Of a stretch of 32,294 nt of DNA, positions 8,773 to 16,096 are shown in pieces (the stretch's first letter is position 1; each line of letters begins with the position of its first letter). The position numbers and the translations under genes were made by a program. Below the pieces are notes generated by a model, which saw only the letters and a list, made by a program, of their open reading frames with translations, did no database searches and was not told the origin of the DNA. Origin of the DNA: Phycisphaerae bacterium (GTDB lineage Bacteria > Planctomycetota > Phycisphaerae > WQYP01); assembly GCA_027344975.1 (NCBI GenBank), contig DAHWIP010000001.1:1-32294 (forward strand), read 5' to 3'.

Positions 8773-9119
8773 AGATATTTTATCATCTATACGCCCGTTA
8801 TTTTTCCCGATGGGGAGGAGGAGGATCGGCACCAACTGGACGGCATTTAGGCCACGGTGGACAAATTGACGCGGGCGTTTTGTCCGACGAAGCCCATATT
8901 CTCCCTTCGATACGCACCACCACCGCGGAATTGTCAGCTATTTTCTGTACGGCACGGGGATTGCGTGAGAAAAGGTTCGGGTGGTGAAATGTCGTCCGAG
9001 CGCCGATTAATCCGCCCGGATTGCATACACACGGGAAGCATATATGTCCGATACAGTGCCGCAGCAGCTTGGCAATAATTCAACATTAACGGAATCATTT
9101 GAGCTCTACGAGCAGATCA
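8773..9119 (+). repeat. Copy A of a paralogous regulatory module (upstream blocks + sigma-54 promoter + 5' UTR + first ~25 codons)
   Basis: It aligns without net gaps to 20827..21175. Shared blocks are AGATATTTTAT, TGGACGGCA, A(T/A)TGACGCGGGC(G/A)TTTTG, ACGGCAC(G/A)GGGATTGC, GGTGGTG(A/C)AATGTCG and the ATATG start. Confidence 0.75.
8950..8965 (+). promoter_or_regulatory. Sigma-54 (-24/-12) promoter match, drives GGDEF gene
   Basis: CGGCACGGGGATTGCG with canonical GG-N10-GC spacing. It lies 79 nt upstream of ATG 9044 and is conserved in the paralogous copy at 21004..21019. Confidence 0.65.
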
Positions 9120-9982
9120 GAACACGCACAGAGGCTCGTGCCCGTGAAGTGTCGGCCATCAATGAGGCATTTAAGGATAAACTCAGGGAGTGCGACTCGC
9201 AGGAAGGCGTGCGTGAGGCGATCATCTGGGGCCGGCGCATTGACGATATGCTTCTCAAATGTCTCGATGATTTAAGTTTAGTTCAGACCGCCTTGCTGGC
9301 GGAAATAGTCAAACGCCGGACGCTGGAACGCAAATTGTCCCTCAGCGAAACTCTATGCGATAAACACCTGCAAAGGGCGTTGCATGACGACCTGACCGGG
9401 CTGCCCAATCGAGCGCTCTTCAAAGATCGGCTCCAGAAAGCCTGCGTACAGGCGAGGCGCCATGAACGGCGATTTGCGGTAATGCTTATTGACATTGATG
9501 CCTTTAAAAGTATTAACGATGTGCATGGCCATGACATGGGCGACAAAGTGCTGAATCTGGTCGGGTGGCGCCTCCAAGCTTCTCTGCGAGAGGAGGACAC
9601 TGTCGCCCGCGTCGGCGGAGATGAATTCCAATGCCTGCTAATGGAAGCCAAGGATGAGGCCGTCATTGCCAAGATCGCAAAATGCATGATCACCCGCGCT
9701 GCGGGTGCCGCCGGTCAGACGGGCTTGCGTGCAAAACTGAAACTGAGCATCGGCATCGCCCTTTACCCGCTGGCTGGAACGAGCCCCGACGCTCTGTGTC
9801 GGCATGCCGATGCCGCCATGTATGCGGCAAAGGCCGCCGGCACTGGTTATCAGTTCTGGAGCGATGTTGAGTCGCGCGAATCCTCGGGTTGGAAAGAGGC
9901 GCCGCGGTCCGCTGACACGGCCGAAGTCCGCAAGACGCTGCATATTTCCGGCGAATCGTCCGGCCGGGACGGCATTGGATGA
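9044..9982 (+). CDS. Diguanylate cyclase (GGDEF domain) with coiled-coil-like N-terminus
   Basis: 312-aa ORF with LTGLPNRALF, DIDAFKSINDVHGH and the active site GGDEF. An RxxD I-site (REED) lies 5 residues upstream of GGDEF. No recognisable sensor domain. Confidence 0.9.
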   Translation: MSDTVPQQLGNNSTLTESFELYEQIRTRTEARAREVSAINEAFKDKLRECDSQEGVREAIIWGRRIDDMLLKCLDDLSLVQTALLAEIVKRRTLERKLSLSETLCDKHLQRALHDDLTGLPNRALFKDRLQKACVQARRHERRFAVMLIDIDAFKSINDVHGHDMGDKVLNLVGWRLQASLREEDTVARVGGDEFQCLLMEAKDEAVIAKIAKCMITRAAGAAGQTGLRAKLKLSIGIALYPLAGTSPDALCRHADAAMYAAKAAGTGYQFWSDVESRESSGWKEAPRSADTAEVRKTLHISGESSGRDGIG

Positions 9983-9998
9983 CCTCGATGCAGCAGAG

Positions 9999-10697
9999 TT
10001 AACCCCTGCTGATTTTATTAGAATCAAGCGTAACCTGCCCATGTTGAGTCAAAGCGCATCCATCGCTGATGGACGCATCGGCCTGCATCGTAATGCCCGT
10101 AGATGCAAGAATATCACCCTCAAAGGTACTGTCCTGTCCCAATGTGGCCGAACCACCCACCAGCCACGTCACATCGCGCCTCGCCTCTGAGGCGGGCCCA
10201 CCACCGATCGTAATGATCGCCGAATTCGCTCCGGTTGTCAGCGTCGTTCCTATTTTGAAAATAAATCGCGCACGGGGATCACCCTGATTATTGAGCGTCA
10301 GGGTGCCGTTGAGTTCGGCGGCGGAGGAGAAATTATACACCCCCGGAAGGATGGTCAGTCCACCGAGGTTCTGGCCGCTCAGGTCATGTGTGGAGACCAT
10401 GGCCAATGCGATCCTGTAGGCTGTCATCAGATCTGATTGAGCCTTCTGCGTGGTAGCATCGTCACCGCGGATGCGGTGGGGAGAGCTCACCACACCGGGC
10501 GGAAAACCACTGACATCATCGCCCGGGCTGGTGCCTACATCACCGCCGTGTACGACGGTGGTGCCCGTGTTGACAACCGAACTGCCGGCGAGAACAGCAA
10601 AATCGCGGGCGCTCCCCATGGAGATCGAGGATTGGGTGCCTTGATCCGGCGTCACCACCGGCGGCACAACAAGTAGAACAATGGTCTTATTAATCAC
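9999..10697 (-). CDS. Ice-binding-like family protein (DUF3494)
   Basis: The track ORF is 9999..10739. GTG at 10697, preceded by a GGAAAAAGGGG Shine-Dalgarno-like purine stretch (complement of 10706..10716, 8 nt upstream), is a plausible start. Diagnostic DUF3494 blocks are present: DFAVLAGSSVVNTGTTVVHGGDVGTSPG, LTILPGVYNFSSAAELNGTLTL and WLVGGSATLG..STFEGDILA. There is no PEP-CTERM tail. Confidence 0.8.
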   Translation of the reverse strand: MINKTIVLLVVPPVVTPDQGTQSSISMGSARDFAVLAGSSVVNTGTTVVHGGDVGTSPGDDVSGFPPGVVSSPHRIRGDDATTQKAQSDLMTAYRIALAMVSTHDLSGQNLGGLTILPGVYNFSSAAELNGTLTLNNQGDPRARFIFKIGTTLTTGANSAIITIGGGPASEARRDVTWLVGGSATLGQDSTFEGDILASTGITMQADASISDGCALTQHGQVTLDSNKISRG

Positions 10698-11150
10698 GAT
10701 AAACACCCCTTTTTCCGGACAACATGGGCCGCCTGTCATGAGAAATGGGTCATCCGCGGAGGCCCGTAATAATTTGGCTCAGGCTGGTGGTTGCCCGGAC
10801 CTGAAGGGCATCGGAGCGATCCGTTTCGCGCACTGCCGACAGGGCAGGCACCATTAATCGCGCGACATGTCGTGCGATATCAATACGCGCACGATTCATA
10901 TTGTAGGCACCGATCCGGTGCCCGGATGGCTATAATTGACAATTATTGACTTTCGCAACGTGTGCTCTCGCCGGGACAAACCCGCTTCTGCTGCAAACGG
11001 CCCGACTCACAGGCACCCCAGGCTCTGCCCCAAAGGTGCCCGGCGCCATTATGGCCCGCACAAGACACAACGGCCCGGACAAACTGACAAAATAATATCG
11101 CTAAATCGGCGTCTATTACCGGAAAACGGCGAATGACAGAAATATCGGCC

Positions 11151-11166
11151 TGGCACGGCAATTGCA
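11151..11166 (+). promoter_or_regulatory. Sigma-54 (-24/-12) promoter, drives DUF3309 gene
   Basis: TGGCACGGCAATTGCA is a near-perfect match to TGGCACG-N4-TTGCA. It is intergenic, 121 nt upstream of ATG 11287. Confidence 0.75.
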
Positions 11167-11286
11167 ACTATAGCCATCGAGGCTTCCTGCTGAATTCAGC
11201 TCATGCTGCCTCAATTAACGCCGGTGCAACCATCGAAAAGCGGCCGCCCGGCCCGGAAGGATGCCGCTGATAAGGAGTTTAATACC

Positions 11287-11445
11287 ATGGGCCTGATCAT
11301 CATTGCACTACTGGTTATTCTGCTGCTCGCAAGTCTGCCTACTTGGGGGTACAGCAACAAGTGGGGTTACGGTCCGACCGGCGGGATGTTTTTCCTGCTG
11401 GTCATCGTCATCGTGCTGCTTGTCATGGGTGTGATTCCGCGGTAA
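11287..11445 (+). CDS. DUF3309 family small membrane protein
   Basis: ATG 11287 follows AAGGAG. The 52-aa product MGLIIIALLVILLLASLPTWGYSNKWGYGPTGGMFFLLVIVIVLLVMGVIPR has the WGYS..WGYGP signature of DUF3309 between two TM helices. Confidence 0.75.
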   Translation: MGLIIIALLVILLLASLPTWGYSNKWGYGPTGGMFFLLVIVIVLLVMGVIPR

Positions 11446-11602
11446 ATCAACCTGCCTCGCTTCCCTGAAAGCGGTTGCGGAAGTCTGGTTCACGCGGTGG
11501 CGGTCTCGCGTTCATAAGCCACCTTTGCGTTGACAGGATGGCGAACCCCGCATCAATATTATGTTCATAAAAGGCGATGGGTCATGTTCCCGGAATCCGC
11601 AC

Positions 11603-11986
11603 GTGAAAGTAGAACGATGTCACTTTTGGTCGGCCTCATCAATCGCTGTCGCAATGGCTTCGGTCGTCGCTGGGTGTTCGCAGTCCTATCATTCGGGAGC
11701 CAAGTCGCCGACGATCAGCATCCGCGCGACGCAAAAGAGCGTTGTGGAAGGCAGGACGGTTTGGATTCACGCCAGGACGGCAAACCTCACCAACATTATT
11801 CTCAGGTGGAAGGTAACGCCGTCTTCGGCCACGATCACTCCGGACCGTTCCCGGGGGAACCGATACGCCAAATTCGTAGCGGCACGACCGGGCGGATATG
11901 TCGTCGAAGCGTATGCCGAAACCAATCCGGGGCGATGGGTGCGAGGTCAGACAGATATTTTGGTTACCGGCATGAGCAGGAGATAA
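11603..11986 (+). CDS. Putative lipoprotein, unknown function
   Basis: The track ORF is 11561..11986. The in-frame GTG at 11603 gives (M)KVERCHFWSASSIAVAMASVVAGCSQ, a signal peptide plus lipobox (VAGC). The rest looks like a small beta-rich domain. Confidence 0.55.
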   Translation: MKVERCHFWSASSIAVAMASVVAGCSQSYHSGAKSPTISIRATQKSVVEGRTVWIHARTANLTNIILRWKVTPSSATITPDRSRGNRYAKFVAARPGGYVVEAYAETNPGRWVRGQTDILVTGMSRR

Positions 11987-12157
11987 CCAGACGCCGCCCT
12001 CGTTCGCCGCACCCATCAGCATCGACTGCCCCGCCCTCCCGGGTGGGACAGCCGACTGCGGCGGTCGATCACCCCAATTTAATGAGCTTTATGGTATTGC
12101 CTTGGACGTTCGTCCTTCTGCCGTATAAAGCTGTTGTTTTCTTCATGGAGTTGTCAA

Positions 12158-12553
12158 ATGAACCGCATTATCATTTCAAGTTTTCTGTCGGCAGTGACGG
12201 TCGGCATCGCGTCTTCCGGGGCCTTCGCGTCGCTCAAAACAGTGACCGTCAAGGGCCAGTTGCTGGACCTTAACTGTTATTCCGCTGCAGGACTCAAAGG
12301 CCGTTCCCACGGTCGAACCTGCGGAAAAAAATGCCTGCTGTCCGGCGCACCGGCCGGTATTCTGGTGCATGGCCACGTTTGGACCCTTGATGCAAACCCA
12401 AGACCTCTGGCACCTTATGTCGGCATGATCATCCGGGTAATGGGAAAATGTAACACCAGCGATCATGTGCTGATGCCCGTGCAGATAAAAGTAGACGAAC
12501 ACGGTACATGGAAGACCATTAAGCTCAAGCCGCTATTCAAACCCGTCCGCTAA
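12158..12553 (+). CDS. Small secreted Cys-containing protein, unknown function
   Basis: ATG 12158 lies 7 nt after GGAG and gives the signal peptide MNRIIISSFLSAVTVGIASSGAFA. The mature ~105 aa contain 4 Cys. No family was recognised. Confidence 0.55.
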   Translation: MNRIIISSFLSAVTVGIASSGAFASLKTVTVKGQLLDLNCYSAAGLKGRSHGRTCGKKCLLSGAPAGILVHGHVWTLDANPRPLAPYVGMIIRVMGKCNTSDHVLMPVQIKVDEHGTWKTIKLKPLFKPVR

Positions 12554-12721
12554 AGCGGCGTCGGTCGATTTCAGGCGACGCGCCGGCAAACAGCATTCGG
12601 CAAGCTGCCTACGGTCGATTTCTGCTCCAACAGCGCAGGAATCCACAAACCGGGGCAGCTTGCCCTTTTTTTCCTGGTGCCGCCCGTGCGAGAGAATATC
12701 GCAATTATGTGATATATCCAT
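12533..12721 (-). CDS. Possible 62-aa Cys/His-rich small protein (speculative)
   Basis: ATG 12721 is preceded by GGAGG. The product is MDISHNCDILSHGRHQEKKGKLPRFVDSCAVGAEIDRRQLAECCL... It overlaps the 3' end of the convergent gene by 21 nt. No family was recognised. Confidence 0.3.
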   Translation of the reverse strand: MDISHNCDILSHGRHQEKKGKLPRFVDSCAVGAEIDRRQLAECCLPARRLKSTDAALADGFE

Positions 12722-13037
12722 CCCGCCTCCGATTGGTGAAAGCAAAAACTCATGCCAAAGAATATTTTCCGTTATCTGAAGTGGCTCCCCGGCGGAGGTT
12801 TTCGACCCGTCGCGCATCTTCGTTGCCGCAGAGCACGGTGGAGCGTGTTGCAGGCCAGATTATTCACCAAGCACGCCAGCCCGCGAAAGATCAAGATTGC
12901 TTCATATGACAGAAACCCGTATACTCCAGATTATATCCGGCGTCAATTTATTGGTTGGGTTTTCACCCTGACCTCTGAATGGATGCATGGGTGTAATGTG
13001 TGGTGCCAACGGCGCCAAACGTTTAGGATACCTCAAC

Positions 13038-14519
13038 ATGATGAGCCCCGATCAATACGAGATTCTGGTAATCGAGGACAATCCAACACAGCGATCTGCC
13101 CTCGAGCAAGTTCTCACGGAGGCCGGATATAACGTCAAAACCACTAATTCGGTCGAGAAGGCGTTGAATTTTGTGCAGGAGGGGATTGACTGCGTGGTGG
13201 CCGGGGTGGTCTCGGGAGATATCTCCCGACTGGATATCGTCAAGCAATGGAAGAAACATTTTCCAGATACGCCCCTGCCGGTCATAAAGGAATCGCAGTC
13301 CGTCATGTCGCTTCTTGAAATGGTCAGCACGGGCCGGCTTGGCGACAAGGACGGAATTGAGACCATTACCGAGGCCAAACACCTTCTTCAAAAGCTCATG
13401 CAGTTGGTCCACGCCTGCCAACAAGATCAGAAGATAAAAGATATCGCCTTCCCCGCCGACGGCACCAGTGATGGTCTCATCGGTGCCACGCCGATCATGA
13501 AGAGCATTATGCAGAGGATACATCGGTCCAGTGCCGCCCAGAGCACCGTTTTGGTAACGGGTGAATCTGGAACCGGCAAGGATCTCGCGGCACGGGCCAT
13601 TCACCGACACTCGGCCCGAAAGGACGGCCCCTTCATCGCGATCAATTGTGCTGCGATGCCTGAAGCTTTGGTGGAAAGCGAACTCTTCGGTTACGACAAG
13701 GGTGCTTTTACCGGTGCCTTGGATAAACGGATCGGGAGATTCGAGGCGGCTCATAACGGAACCTTGTTTATTGATGAAATTGGAGATTGCGCCCTGCCGG
13801 TTCAGGCAAAGCTCCTGCGGATTCTGGAAAATCGCGTCGTGACGCCACTGGGCGGCCAACGTGAGGTCAAGGTCGATACCCGCGTGATTGTCGCCACGAG
13901 CCGCGACCTTCCCGCGATGGTCAACAGCCGCGAGTTCAGGGAGGATCTTTTTTACCGGCTGAACATTATCAACATTATCATGCCGCCGCTTCGAGAACGT
14001 GCAGAAGATATACCGTTGCTCGTGGCGGCATTTATTCACCGCATCAATGAACAGAATAATTGGGCCGTTGATTCCATTTCAGCCGACGCGCTCGATGCGC
14101 TGCAACACTACCCATGGCCGGGGAATATCCGGCAATTGCTCAATGTCATCGAGCAGATCATCGTCCTCGCCGACCGCGATAAGACCGTCATCAGCCTGGG
14201 CGATCTTCCGGAGGTCTTTCGTACCACCGGCCAGTCCCCGTCGGAATCGGTACACAGCATCCCGCCCGGCAGTGATCCGAAATTTTCGCATAGCGCTACA
14301 CCACCGCGTCACGATCGCCGTGCGACCGACGTTGACGGCCCGCTGCTGACATTGGATCAACTTGAGAAGAGAACCATTGAAAAGGCGATGTCGCGTTTCG
14401 GCAATAACAAAACCAAAGCGGCGCAAGCCATTGGAATCAGTGTGCGAACCCTGCAACGAAAACTCAGTGAGAGCACATCCCCGCCGTTGGTGTTGCTGCG
14501 CACGGAATCGAAAGCCTGA
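13038..14519 (+). CDS. Sigma-54-dependent transcriptional activator (NtrC family bEBP) with degenerate receiver domain
   Basis: The track ORF starts at 12987; ATG 13038 (MMSPDQYEILVIEDN) is likelier. The AAA+ core has Walker A GESGTGKD and the sigma-54 contact loop GAFTGA. The C-terminal Fis-type HTH reads NKTKAAQAIGISVRTLQRKL. The N-terminal REC-like fold has IDCVVAGVVSGD where DxxxxD is expected. Confidence 0.9.
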   Translation: MMSPDQYEILVIEDNPTQRSALEQVLTEAGYNVKTTNSVEKALNFVQEGIDCVVAGVVSGDISRLDIVKQWKKHFPDTPLPVIKESQSVMSLLEMVSTGRLGDKDGIETITEAKHLLQKLMQLVHACQQDQKIKDIAFPADGTSDGLIGATPIMKSIMQRIHRSSAAQSTVLVTGESGTGKDLAARAIHRHSARKDGPFIAINCAAMPEALVESELFGYDKGAFTGALDKRIGRFEAAHNGTLFIDEIGDCALPVQAKLLRILENRVVTPLGGQREVKVDTRVIVATSRDLPAMVNSREFREDLFYRLNIINIIMPPLRERAEDIPLLVAAFIHRINEQNNWAVDSISADALDALQHYPWPGNIRQLLNVIEQIIVLADRDKTVISLGDLPEVFRTTGQSPSESVHSIPPGSDPKFSHSATPPRHDRRATDVDGPLLTLDQLEKRTIEKAMSRFGNNKTKAAQAIGISVRTLQRKLSESTSPPLVLLRTESKA

Positions 14520-14818
14520 CGCCAGCGATGGCAAGCTTTTTCGAACCGGCTGCCTTGAGCAGCGACGGGGGAGCTTCTTTCTGAGAGACCACACCCATCA
14601 GGCATTATGTCCGGGGCAATTTGACCTGCCAGACGAATTGGCCACGTGCGGTTTCGTCATTGATCTGTAAATAGGGTTATTTCGGGCCAGGAGCCGATCG
14701 GCGGCCGACGAACCATAGGTAACGAATTCTGATAATCCACATGCTTTAGCGTGCAGCTATTGCCCCTAATCCGATTTAGCCCGGAGACGGCCGGGGAAAC
14801 TCCGGCGATTACCGGCGA

Positions 14819-14834
14819 TGGCACCAGTTTTGCA
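14819..14834 (+). promoter_or_regulatory. Sigma-54 (-24/-12) promoter, drives PEP-CTERM ice-binding-like gene
   Basis: TGGCACCAGTTTTGCA is a near-perfect consensus match. It is intergenic, 135 nt upstream of GTG 14969. Confidence 0.75.
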
Positions 14835-14968
14835 ATCCAAGTACATACGCAGGTCCGCGCGGGCGGGGGGCGGTGTCAACTACGCGTATAACGGACTTCT
14901 GGGCGGCCGACGATTTGGCTGTACTTTCCCGCCGTTTATCCAATTCCTTTTTGCAGGAGAATTTTGCC

Positions 14969-15778
14969 GTGAAGAATCAAGCACCAATCCTACTTGCCGC
15001 AATTGCGTTAGCGTTGCTCCCATTGGAGGCAAAAGCCGCAGTCGTGCTGGGCACATCCGGAACTTTTGCGGTACTGGCCGGATCTACCGTTACCAACACC
15101 GGAACCACCACCATCGGTGGCGGAAACGTGGGTGTGAGCCCGGGTACTTCTATTACAGGTCTTTCAACGATGACCATCGCGCCTCCATTCAGCGTCCACG
15201 TGGGGGATGCCGTGGCCGCCCAAGCGCAAACCGCACTGACCAGTGCCTACAACGCTGCGGCAGCGCTGACGAACGCCACGAATCTTTCGGGTCAGGATTT
15301 GGGTGGCCAGACACTCACACCGGGGGTGTACGCATTCTCCTCGTCGGCGGCGCTGTCCGCGGGGACGTTGACCCTCAATGACGAAGGCAATCCGAATGCA
15401 CAGTTTGTTTTTCAGATAGGTACCACACTTATTACCGGCAGCGGTACCGACATAAAAATGAGCAACGGCGGTCAGGATCCCAACATATTCTGGCAGGTCG
15501 GCAGTTCCGCAACGCTGGGTACCGGCAGCTTGTTTGAAGGACATATTCTTGCCCTCGACAGCATCACGCTGGATACCGGTGCCAATATCATCGACGGCAG
15601 TGCGCTGGCAAGTACCGGCGCGGTAACTCTCGATGGCAACGTCATCGACAATGCGGTACCCGAACCCAGCGCCTTGACACTCGCTATTCTGGGCTTCGGA
15701 TTGATCGGCCTCTCATTGACCACCCGTCGCCTGCGCGAGCATCCTCGGCAAGCCTCGTCTACCGGACTTCCGCGTTGA
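14969..15778 (+). CDS. Ice-binding-like family protein (DUF3494) with PEP-CTERM sorting signal
   Basis: The track ORF is 14873..15778. GTG 14969 lies 8 nt after AGGAGA and gives the signal peptide (M)KNQAPILLAAIALALLPLEAKA. DUF3494 blocks are present: TFAVLAGSTVTNTGTTTIGGGNVGVSPG, LTPGVYAFSSSAALSAGTLTL and FWQVGSSATLG. The C-terminus is VPEPSALTLAILGFGLIGLSLTTRRLRE plus 14 extra residues. Confidence 0.85.
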   Translation: MKNQAPILLAAIALALLPLEAKAAVVLGTSGTFAVLAGSTVTNTGTTTIGGGNVGVSPGTSITGLSTMTIAPPFSVHVGDAVAAQAQTALTSAYNAAAALTNATNLSGQDLGGQTLTPGVYAFSSSAALSAGTLTLNDEGNPNAQFVFQIGTTLITGSGTDIKMSNGGQDPNIFWQVGSSATLGTGSLFEGHILALDSITLDTGANIIDGSALASTGAVTLDGNVIDNAVPEPSALTLAILGFGLIGLSLTTRRLREHPRQASSTGLPR

Positions 15779-15874
15779 TGGTTGCCGATGATAAGCCGAT
15801 CTTTTTCTATGGCTGCCCACCAGCCTCCCTCGGCTGTTCTGATAGTCCAGTCGGCGGCGCTCCAGAGTTGCTCC

Positions 15875-15890
15875 AGGCGCCAGCTTTGCA
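15875..15890 (+). promoter_or_regulatory. Weaker sigma-54-like -24/-12 match upstream of SPFH gene
   Basis: AGGCGCCAGCTTTGCA has correct GG-N10-GC spacing and a good -12 TTTGCA, but a poorer -24 box. It lies about 207 nt upstream of ATG 16097. Confidence 0.35.
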
Positions 15891-16096
15891 CACGCCACTC
15901 CGAATCGGGTCGCGAACGATTTTGTCCCTGACGGCGCCTGCAAAGCGTGATGTCGCTGGGACGGCCCGTTAATGATTCCGAATGGTGCCATTTGTCCTGA
16001 TGCCCGCCCGCGACCGTAAGTAATCGTTATGAAGGATTTATCAAATGAAGTCAAACAATTCTTTCGCCACGTTGATTTTTTTTTGTTATTCTCGGC

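Noticed and set aside
8773-9043. The duplicated leaders as a riboswitch/sRNA family or as a mobile element (MITE)
   Set aside because: I recognise no known riboswitch core (no c-di-GMP-I/II, SAM, TPP or cobalamin signatures). I saw only two copies, with no terminal inverted repeats, target-site duplications or transposase. The embedded -24/-12 box and preserved spacing are better explained by a duplicated enhancer-dependent promoter region. A cis-regulatory RNA role for the conserved 5' UTR part is not excluded.
8857-9078. ORFs inside the two repeat copies (8857..9078 plus strand; 20862..21146 minus strand)
   Set aside because: They lie on opposite strands in the two paralogous copies, so the sequence conservation cannot reflect a conserved protein.
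11530-12273. 247-aa plus-strand ORF spanning the lipoprotein and secreted-protein genes
   Set aside because: It is Arg/Gly-rich with no motifs. It overlaps two better-supported ORFs that have signal peptides and Shine-Dalgarno sequences. It is typical of a spurious long ORF in GC-rich DNA.
13023-14039. 338-aa minus-strand ORF antisense to the sigma-54 activator gene
   Set aside because: The plus-strand frame has unambiguous AAA+/GAFTGA/HTH motifs. The antisense ORF has no recognisable features.
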